A DNA stretch of 64,000 nucleotides, from contig NC_134028.1 in assembly GCF_964204645.1 (NCBI RefSeq), positions 8,184,001 through 8,248,000 of the forward strand. Direction: 5' to 3'. A program made the position numbers and the translations under genes. Source of the DNA: Tubulanus polymorphus. Taxonomy: Eukaryota > Animalia > Nemertea. Below the pieces are notes generated by a model, which saw only the letters and a program-made list of their open reading frames with translations, was not told where the DNA came from and ran no database searches. This document shows, piece by piece, positions 1 to 12,600 of this stretch (its first letter is position 1; the number at the start of each line of letters is the position of its first letter).

Positions 1-85
1 TTCTTAGGTTATGAAAGGGTTACGGGGCTATTGAGAGATTGGATGAAAATGAATGCCTTAGATTTTGTATTTGATCGTTTTTCAG

Positions 86-3000
86 AATCTTCTCGTCGAT
101 ACTTGTGCAGACGTTAGAACTGTCGCTGTATATGGAGTTTGTAAGGTCTGTTGCGTATATTGGGAACTGGTTCCCGCTGAGATAGTCAAACAATATCTGA
201 CCAGTCTTACGCAACATTTAGTTTATGACGGAACCAGCGCGGATGTCCGAGTAGCCGTATTCCGGGTAAGTCATAATTCGAAAGTCCGACGGACATTAAA
301 AAAAGAAGAGACTAATCCATGGTGGCATAATTGATCGTTTTGTTATAGGGTTTTACTCATTTGTTGGACAATTACCTTAGTCATCCGGTGTTGAAGCAGT
401 TGTTGCCGCGCTTGCAGGATTTCATTCACGACCCTTCGGAGAAAGTTCGCATTGCGGTCGTCGAAATGTTGCTGAAAATTCATCCGATTCGAGGAATAAA
501 GGTATCGTATTCATTTGGATAAAGTTATAGAAGATTCTAGATTGATTCAAAATAATAGATTAATAATAATGACATAAAATTGTAATTAAATGTCTTCTTT
601 TAAAACCAGTTTTTACAAAATTTGATGAGAGTACTTTGAAGCTATGTTGATGGCTGTATAATAATATGTAGTTAGTGTTTTAATGTCAAATCTAACTGAA
701 AGTTCAATGAAAATACCTTTCTTTACAGTGTTAAATTGGTAATAACGCTCTACATTTTTTTCTAGTCCAAATTGTGGCATTTAATCTTTTGAAAATAAAA
801 ATAAATTTAATATTTTTGACATATTTCTAAAATTTGATTTGATATTTAGTGCACACTGATAATTTCATGCGCTGTCTGTGAGCTCAAAGGACTAAATAAT
901 TCACGATAGTGTATCCCTGGTTAAATCTAATTGTAGGTTTGGTCGGTCGTACCGATGACTCATCTGCTCACGCGTTTAGAGCTCGATTCCGCGGCTGTGA
1001 TTCGTCGAATCGTGCGTCTGATCTTCCCGAGTTTTGTCCCCATCGACAAGTCGAACGACACTTTGCTCAAACGTTGTTTAGCGTTGCTGCAAACGAATCC
1101 GCGCGCCGCTCGAGTCTTCTTTCAGTACTCGCTGAAACATATGTCCGTGAAAAGTGTCGGTACGTAAGTCATGCCAGGATGATTTATTACGTATATGCGT
1201 GAAACCTTGATTTTTTAACCCCCTTGTATGCAAGCATTTTAAAGTTTGTTGCGTACATGCTGTCTGCATACTGAGGCTTTTTTAATCCTCAAGAGCATAG
1301 ATTTTTAAAGAAAAAATGGAAATGCAAAGGGAGAACAAAGAAAAATGAAAGTAAAAATTCATTACAGACGATATGAAATGATAGGGAACAGGAAGTGAAA
1401 TAAAAACGTGAATATTTTCGAGTATTTTCCACATAAAATCTAGATAAAATAAAAAAGGAGTGAAAATTGTGAATTCTGATGATGGGAGAAATGAAGAAAA
1501 ATAACTCTTTGCAAATCATGTGATTGAAATTTAAAACAGACGTCGTGATGAAATCGTGATGAAAACACTGCAGAGAGCTAGGAAAATTCTAATTGATGTT
1601 TTTTGTTTAATTCTCACAAGGCGAATCTTATACTCCCAGTATTAAAGGCTTTCAATTACGAAAACATGTTGCGTGAAATATTCTTTTCTCTCGTTTTTTA
1701 GAAAAATATCTACTGGTGCTCACCTCGTGTGTAATGTCCTGCGTCAAGAAAGAGCTCGCCAAAGAAAATCCAGATCTAAGTCAAGATCTAAATGATCAGG
1801 TTTGAATTTTTTCATCCATTTCCATAAAGCATAATAATAATGATTCATTTTTCATTTAACTACATTAGAAAGTAGGGTTATTTTCACAATTTGGAATAAC
1901 GAGGTGTTAGTGATAAAGTGATTACATGATTGATCCAAATATAGGACTAGTTGATTCGTTACATTTAGAAATGGTGCGACTAGTTCGAAACTGTTACATT
2001 TGTTTGTCTTCAAGAACTAATCATTCACTTTCCATTCACTATAATTCAGCCGGAAGATGACGATAATGATTTATCGGTCGATGATGCGGATATTTTATGC
2101 GGTTTGGTTGAATCTATGACGATCCTTTACGCTGGGATTGTTCCAGAACTCGGTAAACCGATCAACGCGTCCTCTAAGACGCTCCTCGAGGATAAATTTG
2201 CCCAGGCTCTGCCAGAATTCTTCCGTGTTTTTAAGGTGAGCTAAGCTAAAGAAAACTGGTACCTTGTTTCTCCTTTATGCATAGCTTAAAAGTTGACCCG
2301 GCTGGCTGCTTATCTACCCTGTACATAACATTTAAAAAAATCATGATCAATTTTACCGTAACACCCGGCAGCTATAGAAATGAACTGATTACAAATTTCA
2401 TTGCTGTTTACAAAATGACCCGACCGATTAGGAGAACCAAGATATCATTTTTGTTTAGCCTTAGTTTCCTAAGTTGCACGATTCTGACCTAAGAACTAGT
2501 AAACGTTAAGACAAATAGGACTTTGAAGGTTAACTTGATTTAATTTAAAGTGCGGCTCCTCCACAAACCTAAGAACTATATTCTATTCAAGCTTAGATGA
2601 TGGACACCTTTTTAACATTACTTTTAAGGATGCGAAGATATTATCTCCACTCTGTCTGCTGGCTGGTTTTATGCCACCAAACGCTGTTCCTTTGTACAGG
2701 TATGTATATGTTGCTTATAGGTGGTACATGTTTATTCAATTTTTCCTATATTAAGGACAGGCGAACCTTGACCAAATTTGCAATTAATGATATATTCATT
2801 AATTGTTCGCAGCAACTTGGCCAATACTAAGGTTCATAGCAGTCCTTAAAAGTAATGAAATTAGAATGGGTCAATTCAAGGCCTTGAGTATCATGGATCG
2901 GGCTCTAAAATGCTTAAAACATTATGGTCCTTGAATGGCCTCAGTCATTAGTTATCATCTGCAAATCCAAGATACAAGTCACTTTTACAGCTCTTGAAAT

Positions 3001-6000
3001 CTACTGATTTTGACAATATAAGGTTCAATGAGTAGGGGTTATAAAGATAGACAGCTTATATTGACCGATTATCCCAATTATTCTCATATTGGCTGACTTA
3101 TGGATTCAATTGTCTTTTTTTCAAGTTATGCCGATGCAGTTGATAATTGTCAAGAATGTGTATATCTTTCTAGTCGAAGTTGTTTAGCGAAACTGCGTAA
3201 CTTCGATCAAAGCGCCACCCCGACGGAATACGGCCCCCTACTGGAAGCGATGTGTAATTGGGGCAAGGCAGGAGATGTCATAGAGTTATTCACGGATTGG
3301 TTAAAGCTTACGTTTACACCCGTTCAGAAGGTTGATATGATTTTGAATTCTAAATTCTGTACGCTTGTCAAATGATACAGTAGACTCAGAGTACATGTAG
3401 ATTTGTAGATTTAGAGTACATGTAGTACGATTTTAAACATTTTAAGCCCACTTGGGACTTAAGAACATGCGGGTTATTCTTTGGGACACTTTCAACCGGC
3501 CATCACCTTAGTGGCGAGCTTAGTTTACTGTAAATAAAATTCATGTATATTTCCTATAGGTTTCTAAGAAGGCGAAAAAGAAAGGAGTTTCATTCAGTAA
3601 AGAAGCGATGGTTGCGAAACCGGTTTTAGGATTGAACTTACTCGGATACTTGCTGAGTCAGTTGTTGTGTCAACAGAGGATTTTAGAAGGAAATGGCGAT
3701 GAAATGAATGCGTTGAAAAACGTTCTCAAAGACACGATGGTGAGAATGCCAAAAATGTTCCATTCACTGACTTGAATTTTTCTTGAACTACCACCGTGGA
3801 AGATACAGTTGAACTTTGTTATGTCCTAAGGAATAACGATTCATTGGATACTGGGGTCAGTTGCTCATAAGTTGGCTAAAGATAACCGGCGAACAAATAC
3901 CATACGAACTTTCAATTGTCACCATGTCAATGATCCACTGGTTAATAATCAACTTCTAACCAACTTCGGAGCAACTGGCCCCTGAATTTTTACCCAAAAA
4001 ACTTAGACCATTGCCGACTGTTGATCCATCGCATCAGTAGTTTCAGATTCATACTGAATATATAATAGTTTCAGATTCATACTAATAACTAGCTGATAAT
4101 CATTGAATGACCAGACATGGCCAAACTTCAGGCAGGACTGTACCTGCTGTATGAAAGTCTCAAAAGTACCTACTGGATATAATGAACTAATTTTCTCATC
4201 CCTTTAAACAAAATGCTACTGTTAGTACTGGATAAAATGAAACTTCAAGTTGTATAATGAACAAATTCTCATTCCCCTGGGGTAAATTCAAGGCTTTTCT
4301 GTCATTCCATACTACTATGGTAGATATAGAATAACTAGACTTTTGCTCCACTTACACTTTGTTGGTATATATGGCATAATCTGATAGGCCTATGAATCAA
4401 TACCATATTGAATGAGTTTCATGTACGTCATGTATATAGTTTTAACATGTTTTTTAGGTTCACATCGAGCAATACATCACAAAACCAACTGATGATAAAA
4501 ATTCACTAATTACACCCGAGTTTCTGCAACAAGCTTTCGATCTCTACTGCAAAATGATCGTTCTCATGCACCAACAGGTTCGCTATAGTTTATAAGCTTT
4601 GAATTGTGGGTATGTTTTAGTTAACTTTATGATAAACTAAATTTGTTTTGTTTTTCAACAGAAGGAAGGAGAACTTAACAACTACGTCATTGAGTCCTTC
4701 GAATATATTTTGACGTGGGTTGATCGAGAATTGTTGCCGACACTCGAACGCGAGAAACAGTCAACTCAGCGCAAACGAAAACGAACTTCAAATGCAGCCG
4801 CTAGTCACGAAGCTGAAGTGAACAAACTGTCCAAAAATATCATAAAGGTTTGTTCACACGGCATTATACAGTCCTTCAGTCCTTACGAAGAAGGTTCTTC
4901 TTAAACTTTAGCCAGTTGTTGTGGCTTAGATTTAAGATCAGCGTAAAAAAATCTTAGTTTCATCTACTTACGACCGGTCTAAAGATTTAGGAGCACTTTT
5001 TGACTTTTCAGTCATGACAAGTGGCTGATCGAACATGATTGTAATTGATGATGAACTGAATTGTGGAGCATTTAAATTTTCAGCGGAAAATATGATAAAA
5101 ACCCACTATGTACAGATTTCAAAGTTCTAAAACCAAGGAAAGTTGATGGTGGCAGAAAATCGAATCATGGGTGTTGACTGTAGATATTTCATCTTACAGG
5201 TGCTGTTAGATATTTGCAATGATTTGTTGCTGGTAGGCTTGGGTACATCAGACTTCACCATTCTTCTCTCTGACGTGATAGTTAAAATCGCACAGACAGG
5301 TACGAACAGCTTGACTGAAAAATGTCTTTCATCTTTTCAAAACCTTTTAGATTTATGAATACGGATGATTGAAATATCCATACAAACTCTCATGCTTAAG
5401 AAGTCTCAAAGTATCTCCGATCAGATAAATTTGGCTCGAAAATCTTTTGTTTGTATTACTGAAACCCAATTAATCAAATGATTTGTTTCTGATAGATGTA
5501 GTGGCTGAATTTATTGCTGTTCTGGTAAGGACCTTATATCAAATCACAGAAGCGAATATCAACCACGACTGGAATCTCGCTACGACAATCCTGCCGAATC
5601 TTTTTACCGAGGTTACAACTGCAATCCTAAATGTAACAATTTCTAATCCGGATACTTCGCTTGAGGTAGGAATGACTTCTGGCATAATTTCTATTTTTGA
5701 GTGAAATATCCGAATCCATCTGTCGGCTAACACGGGCGACACGTTGGACACACGGGACTAGTTAAGCAGGACATCTAACATTTGTGCTATTTCCAGATAA
5801 ATCTGGGGGACTGGGTTTACGGGAATTTTGAAAAAAAAATTTCGAGATTTATTTGGAAATGAGCCTTCGAATCAAATTACATGCCCGTTCAATTTCTATT
5901 CAGGTGGTCGCGTCTGTAAGGCCAGCTTTTACCGAAGCCATGAACGCCTACTTCGTCCATCATCGCTCCGTGAAATCGACGAATAACGATGTCATGGCGA

Positions 6001-7176
6001 CTATTATGATTACGACGATGAACGAGTCGACTTATCGAGTCAAGTCTGAGAACGAGGTCATCGTCGATTCGTTACCACCGGTAACGGCGATGTTGGTGAA
6101 CGTCGTCAAGCAGAACGCGTACATGTTAGGATTGTATTTGGAAGAGATTTACAGCTACGCGCGTTCAGAGGCCTTGGAAGGATTGAAATCTTTGGCTAGT
6201 TTAGTGCAGATTTTACAGGCTGTACAGAAAAGTAAGGCCTGAAGTGCTTAACACTATTTTTGTCTGTGGCACAAAAAAATTGATAACCTCGCTAAAATGC
6301 TTGAACCTCTCCCAATAGTTGTGAATTATGAAAAGTTTACTAAATATGAAAAAGCTTGATAAGTTAAATGCATTAAGTTCACTTGTCTGTGACGGCCACT
6401 ATTCATCATTTGAATTTTACTACAGTAAACTCAACCATATCTGATAGCATCATAAGGGCCAGTCGCTTAAAAGTTGTTCAGAGTTAACCAGTGGATAGTT
6501 GACGTAGTGACAATTAAATGTTCATTGTTACTTCGTTATGCGTCCGTCTGTAACCTTTAACCAACTTCTGAGCAACTGGCCACTGACTGTTTATATTTCC
6601 GAGAGTTAACAAGTTGAAAATCAAGTAAATTTAAGATACAGTAGACTCCGATTGGATCCGATCAACTCGGATTTTCGATGAAATATCTTTGGGACACTAG
6701 CAGTATTTATTCAATACATAACATCCGTCTCACTCAAGTCAGACACACTTATACAGTCGGAAAACGTCTGAATTGAGTGGAGTCTAACAATCTATTGTCT
6801 TAAATGCTTAAACTTTTTCAAGATCGGTAACTGGTAACTTTTAAATTGTTCGTTTAACTCATTACAATCGATTAAGGAAACGTATTTTTATTTTAGGTAA
6901 AGCGAATGCGTCAGGATTGAAGGATTGTTTCAGTGCTGTACAGATTCGGCTTGATAAAATTGAACAACCAAAAGCCGAAGATGCCGTAACAATGTAAGAT
7001 TATGTGATTTCTCTACAAATGAAGACAGCTATGCAAGATTTGAAAAATATTTCGAAGTTCATTCGAATATTTTCTTTTATGGTTTGAAGTAATTTCTTCT
7101 GTTTTTCAGGGAGATGTACGCAGTGACGAAGTCAATGTTGAAACAATGTTGCGGCGTTGTTGGTATGGTAAACTAA
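86..7176 (+). CDS. NCAPG2: Condensin-2 complex subunit G2, 3' part (5' exons lie before the window)
   Basis: GT-AG exons read in frame: 86-265, 349-501, 937-1159, 1702-1799, 2050-2235, 2629-2699, 3174-3330, 3560-3739, 4458-4577, 4662-4847, 5200-5299, 5495-5666, 5905-6232, 6897-6993, 7110-7176 (TAA). Peptide SADVRVAVFR-GFTHLLDNYLSHPVLKQLLPRLQDFIHDPSEKVRIAVVEMLLKI...HLLTRLELDS...NPRAARVFFQY matches the CAP-G2 HEAT region as I recall it from vertebrates. AATAAA at ~7285. Confidence 0.9.
2242..2463. mobile_element. MITE family A (TIR ~TAAGGCTA-A(n)-TGATACCTTGTTTCTCC), PIF/Harbinger-like; further copies at 9395-9698, 11974-12190, 15727-15935 and remnants at ~24948-25110 (repeated in each array unit)
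   Basis: Imperfect ~30-bp terminal inverted repeats, TAA/TTA-like flanks, shared interior (agcttaaaagttgacc...atagaaatgaac...aaatttcattgc) in several introns in both orientations. Confidence 0.75.
3852..3985. mobile_element. Short palindromic MITE family B (GGGGCCAGTTGCTC...GAGCAACTGGCCCC); related copies ~6457-6582 and ~18472-18588
   Basis: Terminal inverted repeats and homologous interiors (aaagttgg...ccactggtta) at three intronic sites. Confidence 0.65.
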
Positions 7177-7580
7177 ATTGCGCGCTCTGGAATTTGAATT
7201 CGAAAAAAGTGTGGCGACACGCTTTCCTGCCCTGTTGAACCAGTTGTATACATGTAATTAGTAAATGTGATTGTTATTTTTGTAAATAAATGCTTATCTT
7301 AGATGAAAATAGCTTCCTTGAAATTTTTATTCTGTGAAAATAATGCTTTATTAGAGACTGATGTGCGATCCCACCAAGTACATAATGTAATTTTATTGGG
7401 GTGGGAGTTCAGATGTTTACTTTTTCCTAAATCAGAGCAAACTCTGTGCAGTCTCCAGGGTCCATACCCTGAATTTCTTTTACCCGGTTTATTGACCTGT
7501 ACAACGCGCGCCGGTTAATAATTAGTCCGTGACCGTATTATAGTGTCCTGCCTTAATCCGTGATTTAGTTTATACCCCTC

Positions 7581-7650
7581 TCGACCAATCATAATCGAGT
7601 AAACAGTGGTGACCCGGAAGTAAGTTGTCTTGTGATTTTCATCCGGAATT
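7581..7650 (+). promoter_or_regulatory. Putative TATA-less core promoter of prosaposin copy 1
   Basis: CCAAT at 7585-7589 and ETS-type CCGGAAGT at 7614-7621, 110-150 nt upstream of ATG 7731, in the short gap after the NCAPG2 polyA signal. Confidence 0.45.
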
Positions 7651-7730
7651 TGGTCATAAGTGCGTTGTAATTAGTCACTGGAACGGCGATAACCGAGCAG
7701 TAACAGTGTCAGTGAGACGTTTCTGACGAT

Positions 7731-9555
7731 ATGATGAAGATTTTGATTATTTTTGCCGTACTGACGGCGTCCGGTAGGTGTATTGTTTTTCATAAGTCGT
7801 CAGTTTTTTTCGTCATGATTATTGATTTGTTCGACAACAAAACTAAAACTAAAAGGAAATTTTATTTCGGCTTTGCCTTTTGTTCTATTACGCAAAAAGT
7901 TTGTGTCTTTGTGCTGTTGTTGAGAAAACTGACATTTTTCGTAACTCTATGGTCCTCGCCTGGTCTAACTGCAGTTTAGGTCACCTTTCCACTGTGTCTG
8001 AGTGTGGCGTTAGTGTTATTACTATTAGGCCTAAGGACCCTTGGAATACTGAATAGCATTTGGTAAGGTAACCATTAGGAACACTTTAAGTGCAGTCACT
8101 CCACCATCATCAGCATTGCCCTGGTGGCTGAATTATAGGCCTAATGGTTACTGACCAGGTTTTGGGATTCACATATTTAAACTGTGTTCTTCATTAACAA
8201 TCTATTTCCAGCCAGTGCATCACCATTACTGGGTACCGATCGATGTACGTGGGGACCGTCGTACTGGTGCAGTCACATCAGCCATGCTTCTGAATGTCGC
8301 GCCGTAAATCACTGTATCGACACTGTTTGGAGTAAGCAACAACTGCCCACTGAACAGGTATGGTCTATCTATTTGAAAAATAGGCCTATTTTGGCCAAAT
8401 TCAATATTCGCAATGTTTCATTTCGTTAAATACCTATGCAACCTTTTCGAATGGTGTAAAAGTTCCTTCATGCGGATAATCTAAACCCGATGAAGTATCA
8501 TACCTTCTTCCATACATTTGGATACCTTACAAATGTTATCGGATATCCATCAGCCTTGATTAGATGTCAAAAATCAATGTTCCAATAATGGTAGATTGGG
8601 TAGGACTAATCGAGATCAATAAAATTCTGGATTAGGCCCATAAACTGGTATCCGCAATAAGTAGGTTTTGCGTAAGTTCATTTCTTATTTGTAAATATTT
8701 TTTCTACATGCAATTTCTAGAATAATGGTGAAATTTGCACGTTATGCGAAGGCGTCATTGCGCAAGTCAAACAAATGCTGCTTGATCCAAATGCTGATGT
8801 AAGTAATGTAATTAAGGATAGGTAGCTCATACCGCCTACACACTTGTTCTTCTTTAAAAAAAGAAATCGTTCATGGTTATAACTCCCTTGCTCATGCTTC
8901 AATTTGTTGGGAATTAAGACAAATGAGATACATCTATTTTGATTCACAGTTGAATTAGCCAAGACTACATAAGGCCCCAGTTAGATATAGGCCTAGGACA
9001 GCAGGGGCCTTATGATTTTACCGAAAATCCATAAAGTTTGAATATCGATGATAAATAATTTTGTTTTTATTCAGGCTCAAGTCAAATCATTCCTGGATAA
9101 AAGCTGTACTCTTTTGCCCGCTGTTCAGTCGCAAAGACAGGTTCGTGTTGAGCTAGATATTTTCTAAAAACGCAGATCGTGTGTGTGAAATAAAGTGATT
9201 GCTAAAGAAATTGAGTGCAATTACTTCAAATTAATTGGTAATTAAAAGTAAATTATAATGTAAGAAGTTTGTTTGAGGAAAATTTCATTGAATATTTGAA
9301 TAAGAATTTTAGGAAGGTTGTTATGCTGTATTGAAAACAAGAACAGCATTTATATAATTTTATAATATTATTTCCAGTGTCAAAAATATACTGATTAGGT
9401 TAGAATAAAATGATATTTTGTTTCTCCATATCGGCTGGGTTATTTCGTAAACTGCAATGAAATTTGTAACCAGTTCATTTCTATAACATCCGGGTCTGTA
9501 ATGGCTACTAGCTTGATCATGATTTTGAAAAAAAGGAATGTGCATGGTTGATAGG

Positions 9556-9637
<82 letters not shown>

Positions 9638-12600
9638 TCTGGGTCAACTTTTAAGCTCAGCAGAAATGGGAAACAATGTATAAATTTTTTTTGCCGTATG
9701 CGTTTGGCCTCACTGATGGATTATTTATTTGATTGATTGCACTGAGACAGTTAACGATACAATTGTTAGAAATAAGAATCCTTGAAAAATATGAAATTGC
9801 AAATGTTTTAGTAGTTTCAGGACGGTTGAAACATTAAGATTAGAGTTGATTTCAATGTTTCGTCGAATGAATACTTTCAGTGTAAACAAATAGTCGATAC
9901 ATATTACAACGAAGTGATTCAGATGATCAAGAGTAAATTGTTACCGCATCAAATCTGCGCCGCCCTGAAATTGTGCCCGGCAGTAGCTGCGGGTAAGACG
10001 ACACCGAAACGCGAGAGCAGTCTGAAGTTCACATCTCTGAAAGCGCCCACTGCAAAGGTATGTCGTGTATATCGTGTGAAATAGCGTGAAAAATCCTTCT
10101 TAGTTCTTGGTAAAATAGTACTCGGAAACTCTCGGTTATCCTAGAAAATTCTTCGAAAACAGGCGAGAATTATCTGATTACGAAAAGATATTTCTTTGGA
10201 AATTATTTTGTTCATACGTTATTAGATAGATTTTATTTCGATGAGATTTTGTGTTCGAGCTAGGGTACAATAGCTCTAAGATCTAGGATCTAAGATAGCT
10301 CTAAGATCTAGATCTATATCGCGACTAACGGCTTATTTGATTTGGTAAACAAAATTGAGCATTAGCATTGTATAAAGTATAAAATTGAGCATTAGCATTG
10401 TATAAAGGCTCATTATTTTTCGTGCTATGTACTTGCTACTGATTCATCGGAGAACTTCTGTGTCAAGTTGTGAAGCTACTACTATTGAGGGGTACACGCT
10501 GGTTTAACCACAATCAGCTGATAAACCGCATGTCGGCTGACTGTCATTAAGCAATCATTAACATGGCTAAAATGTAAATAGACTCATAACCATTGTGATT
10601 CATGTAGGCCCCAGCTGGCATTGCTATAAATTTGAGAAAATCATTCTTTCGCCTCAAATTAGTCCATTCTAATTTCTTTCTCGGCAAAAGCATAGGCCTA
10701 CGCCTACCAATGTTTTTGTTATTTGGTGGTACCTCACAGACCACGCTAATCTGTAAAGAATAATATAAAAGTAAATTCGAACGGTTTATCTTGATTCCAC
10801 TATCGTCATGACTAAATTCACAATCTTTCTAAGTACCGGTTTACGAAAACGTGAACAAATGCAAAATCATGACTACCTGATTTTATGAACGCGACGCACT
10901 GATAAAGTTCAGAATGATCTTGATTCCACTAGTCGACCTTTAACATTGATTAAGTGAACATAAGTGAACGACACAAGTGGACAACACAAATAGATAATAT
11001 TGATAATTATCGTGTGAATGTCATATGATGAGCTCGAGATAAGCTTTATTGAATTTCGGGGAAGATTTTCTTCTCGCCGGCTCGAAAAATAGTTAGCGTT
11101 ATTAAAATCGGCGCATAAAGATGTCTCTAAAGCCTTAGGCAGGTTTCGATTGATCTCTACTGATTCAGAGAGTTACTAATCCAGACCTGAACATTCAATC
11201 GAAACCTGACTCAGTCGTATTATTTTGAATATATTTGTTTTCTAATATGATGACTTTCGTCTCTTATTCTGGCCTTGTCCACTCATCCGACCTCGTCCAA
11301 TTTTCTACCACTCTGATTTTTATCTTTCGCACATCAATCCACTTGTCCAACGTCAATTCTTTTTTCCACTAATTATAATACCTCGTCCAACTCTACTCTC
11401 ACTCACCACTCAACCTTTCGTCTCTCCTTGTCCACTTATCTTGCAACCTCATCTAATTACCTACCCATATCCTTTCGTTCTTGCCCTTTCACTCTTTTAC
11501 CGTTTTCTTCACGCCTCTCTCGTGCTCCCTGCCCCTTGTTTAGGTCAACGTACCGTTACAGTGTACCATCTGCAAAGCCATTCTGACCGTCGCCAAAGAT
11601 TTCGTTAGCAATAATGCAACCGAGGTAAATAATTCAAAAACTCTTCCATTACGTTGTACATATGAAACGTTTACTATATTTTCAGTGCGAAATGTGCAAA
11701 ATTGCAATTCAAAAGGCTAAAGCTATGTTTGATACTAAGAAGTCTCAGGTAGACCCGATATCTATGTGCTAGGCATGACTTGTTTAAAAATGGGCTTGAA
11801 TAATTATCATCTTTCGCATTTCTACTGTGTTTTTAACGTTTGGCTTTGTGTCTTTATTTTTTACTCACTCTCTTGATAATGCACAATCATCGGTTGAGCG
11901 GTTAGCGGAGACACATGCAAAATATCATCTAAATGATACCTGTGACTTGTCGTTTTGATGTGCCTCCGGAGACTTAGGCTAGAATAAAATGATACCTTGT
12001 TTCTCCTAATTGGCCGGGTCATTTTGTAAACTGCAATAAAATATGTTCATTTCTATAACTGCCGGGTTTGTTATGGTTGACTTGATCGTGATTTAAAAAA
12101 TAATGTACAGTGTAGATAGGCGGCCGGCCGGCCGGATCAACTTTTAAGCTTGGCAGAAATGAGAAACAATGTATCAATTTTTTAGCCTTTCATTATCTTC
12201 ATTATCATTAGATTAATATTAGATTGACTTACTTAGTTCTTTTAATGTGTTTTCATTTTTCAAATTTGATTTATTTGGTGGTGTTGGTTGAATTTTGATC
12301 GAATTTATGAGGAACTAACATATACAAGAATGACAAATCTATAAGTGGCATTAAAAAAGCATTGAAGTATAGTAGCTTTCCCTAGAATGAGGACCCGGCG
12401 CTGTAGACTATCCCACAAGATGGCTGTGACAGTGAGGTTCATTTTGAATGAACTTCTAATTAAAATTTCAGCTTCTGCAAACAAATCTTGCACCTAGATA
12501 AATCATCTTCTTGGATATTGGTTGTTTGTTTATTCATCATTCATTTAATTTCAATAGAATTATGGATGGATTTTATTTTATTAATCCTCGCTTGCCATTA

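Noticed and set aside
9360-9736. ORFs with ASQP / LAGW repeats
   Set aside because: Translations of the (GGCT)n microsatellite within a MITE
11154-11194. C/D box snoRNA inside the hairpin (CTGA near the 3' stem)
   Set aside because: No recognisable RTGATGA C box after the 5' stem
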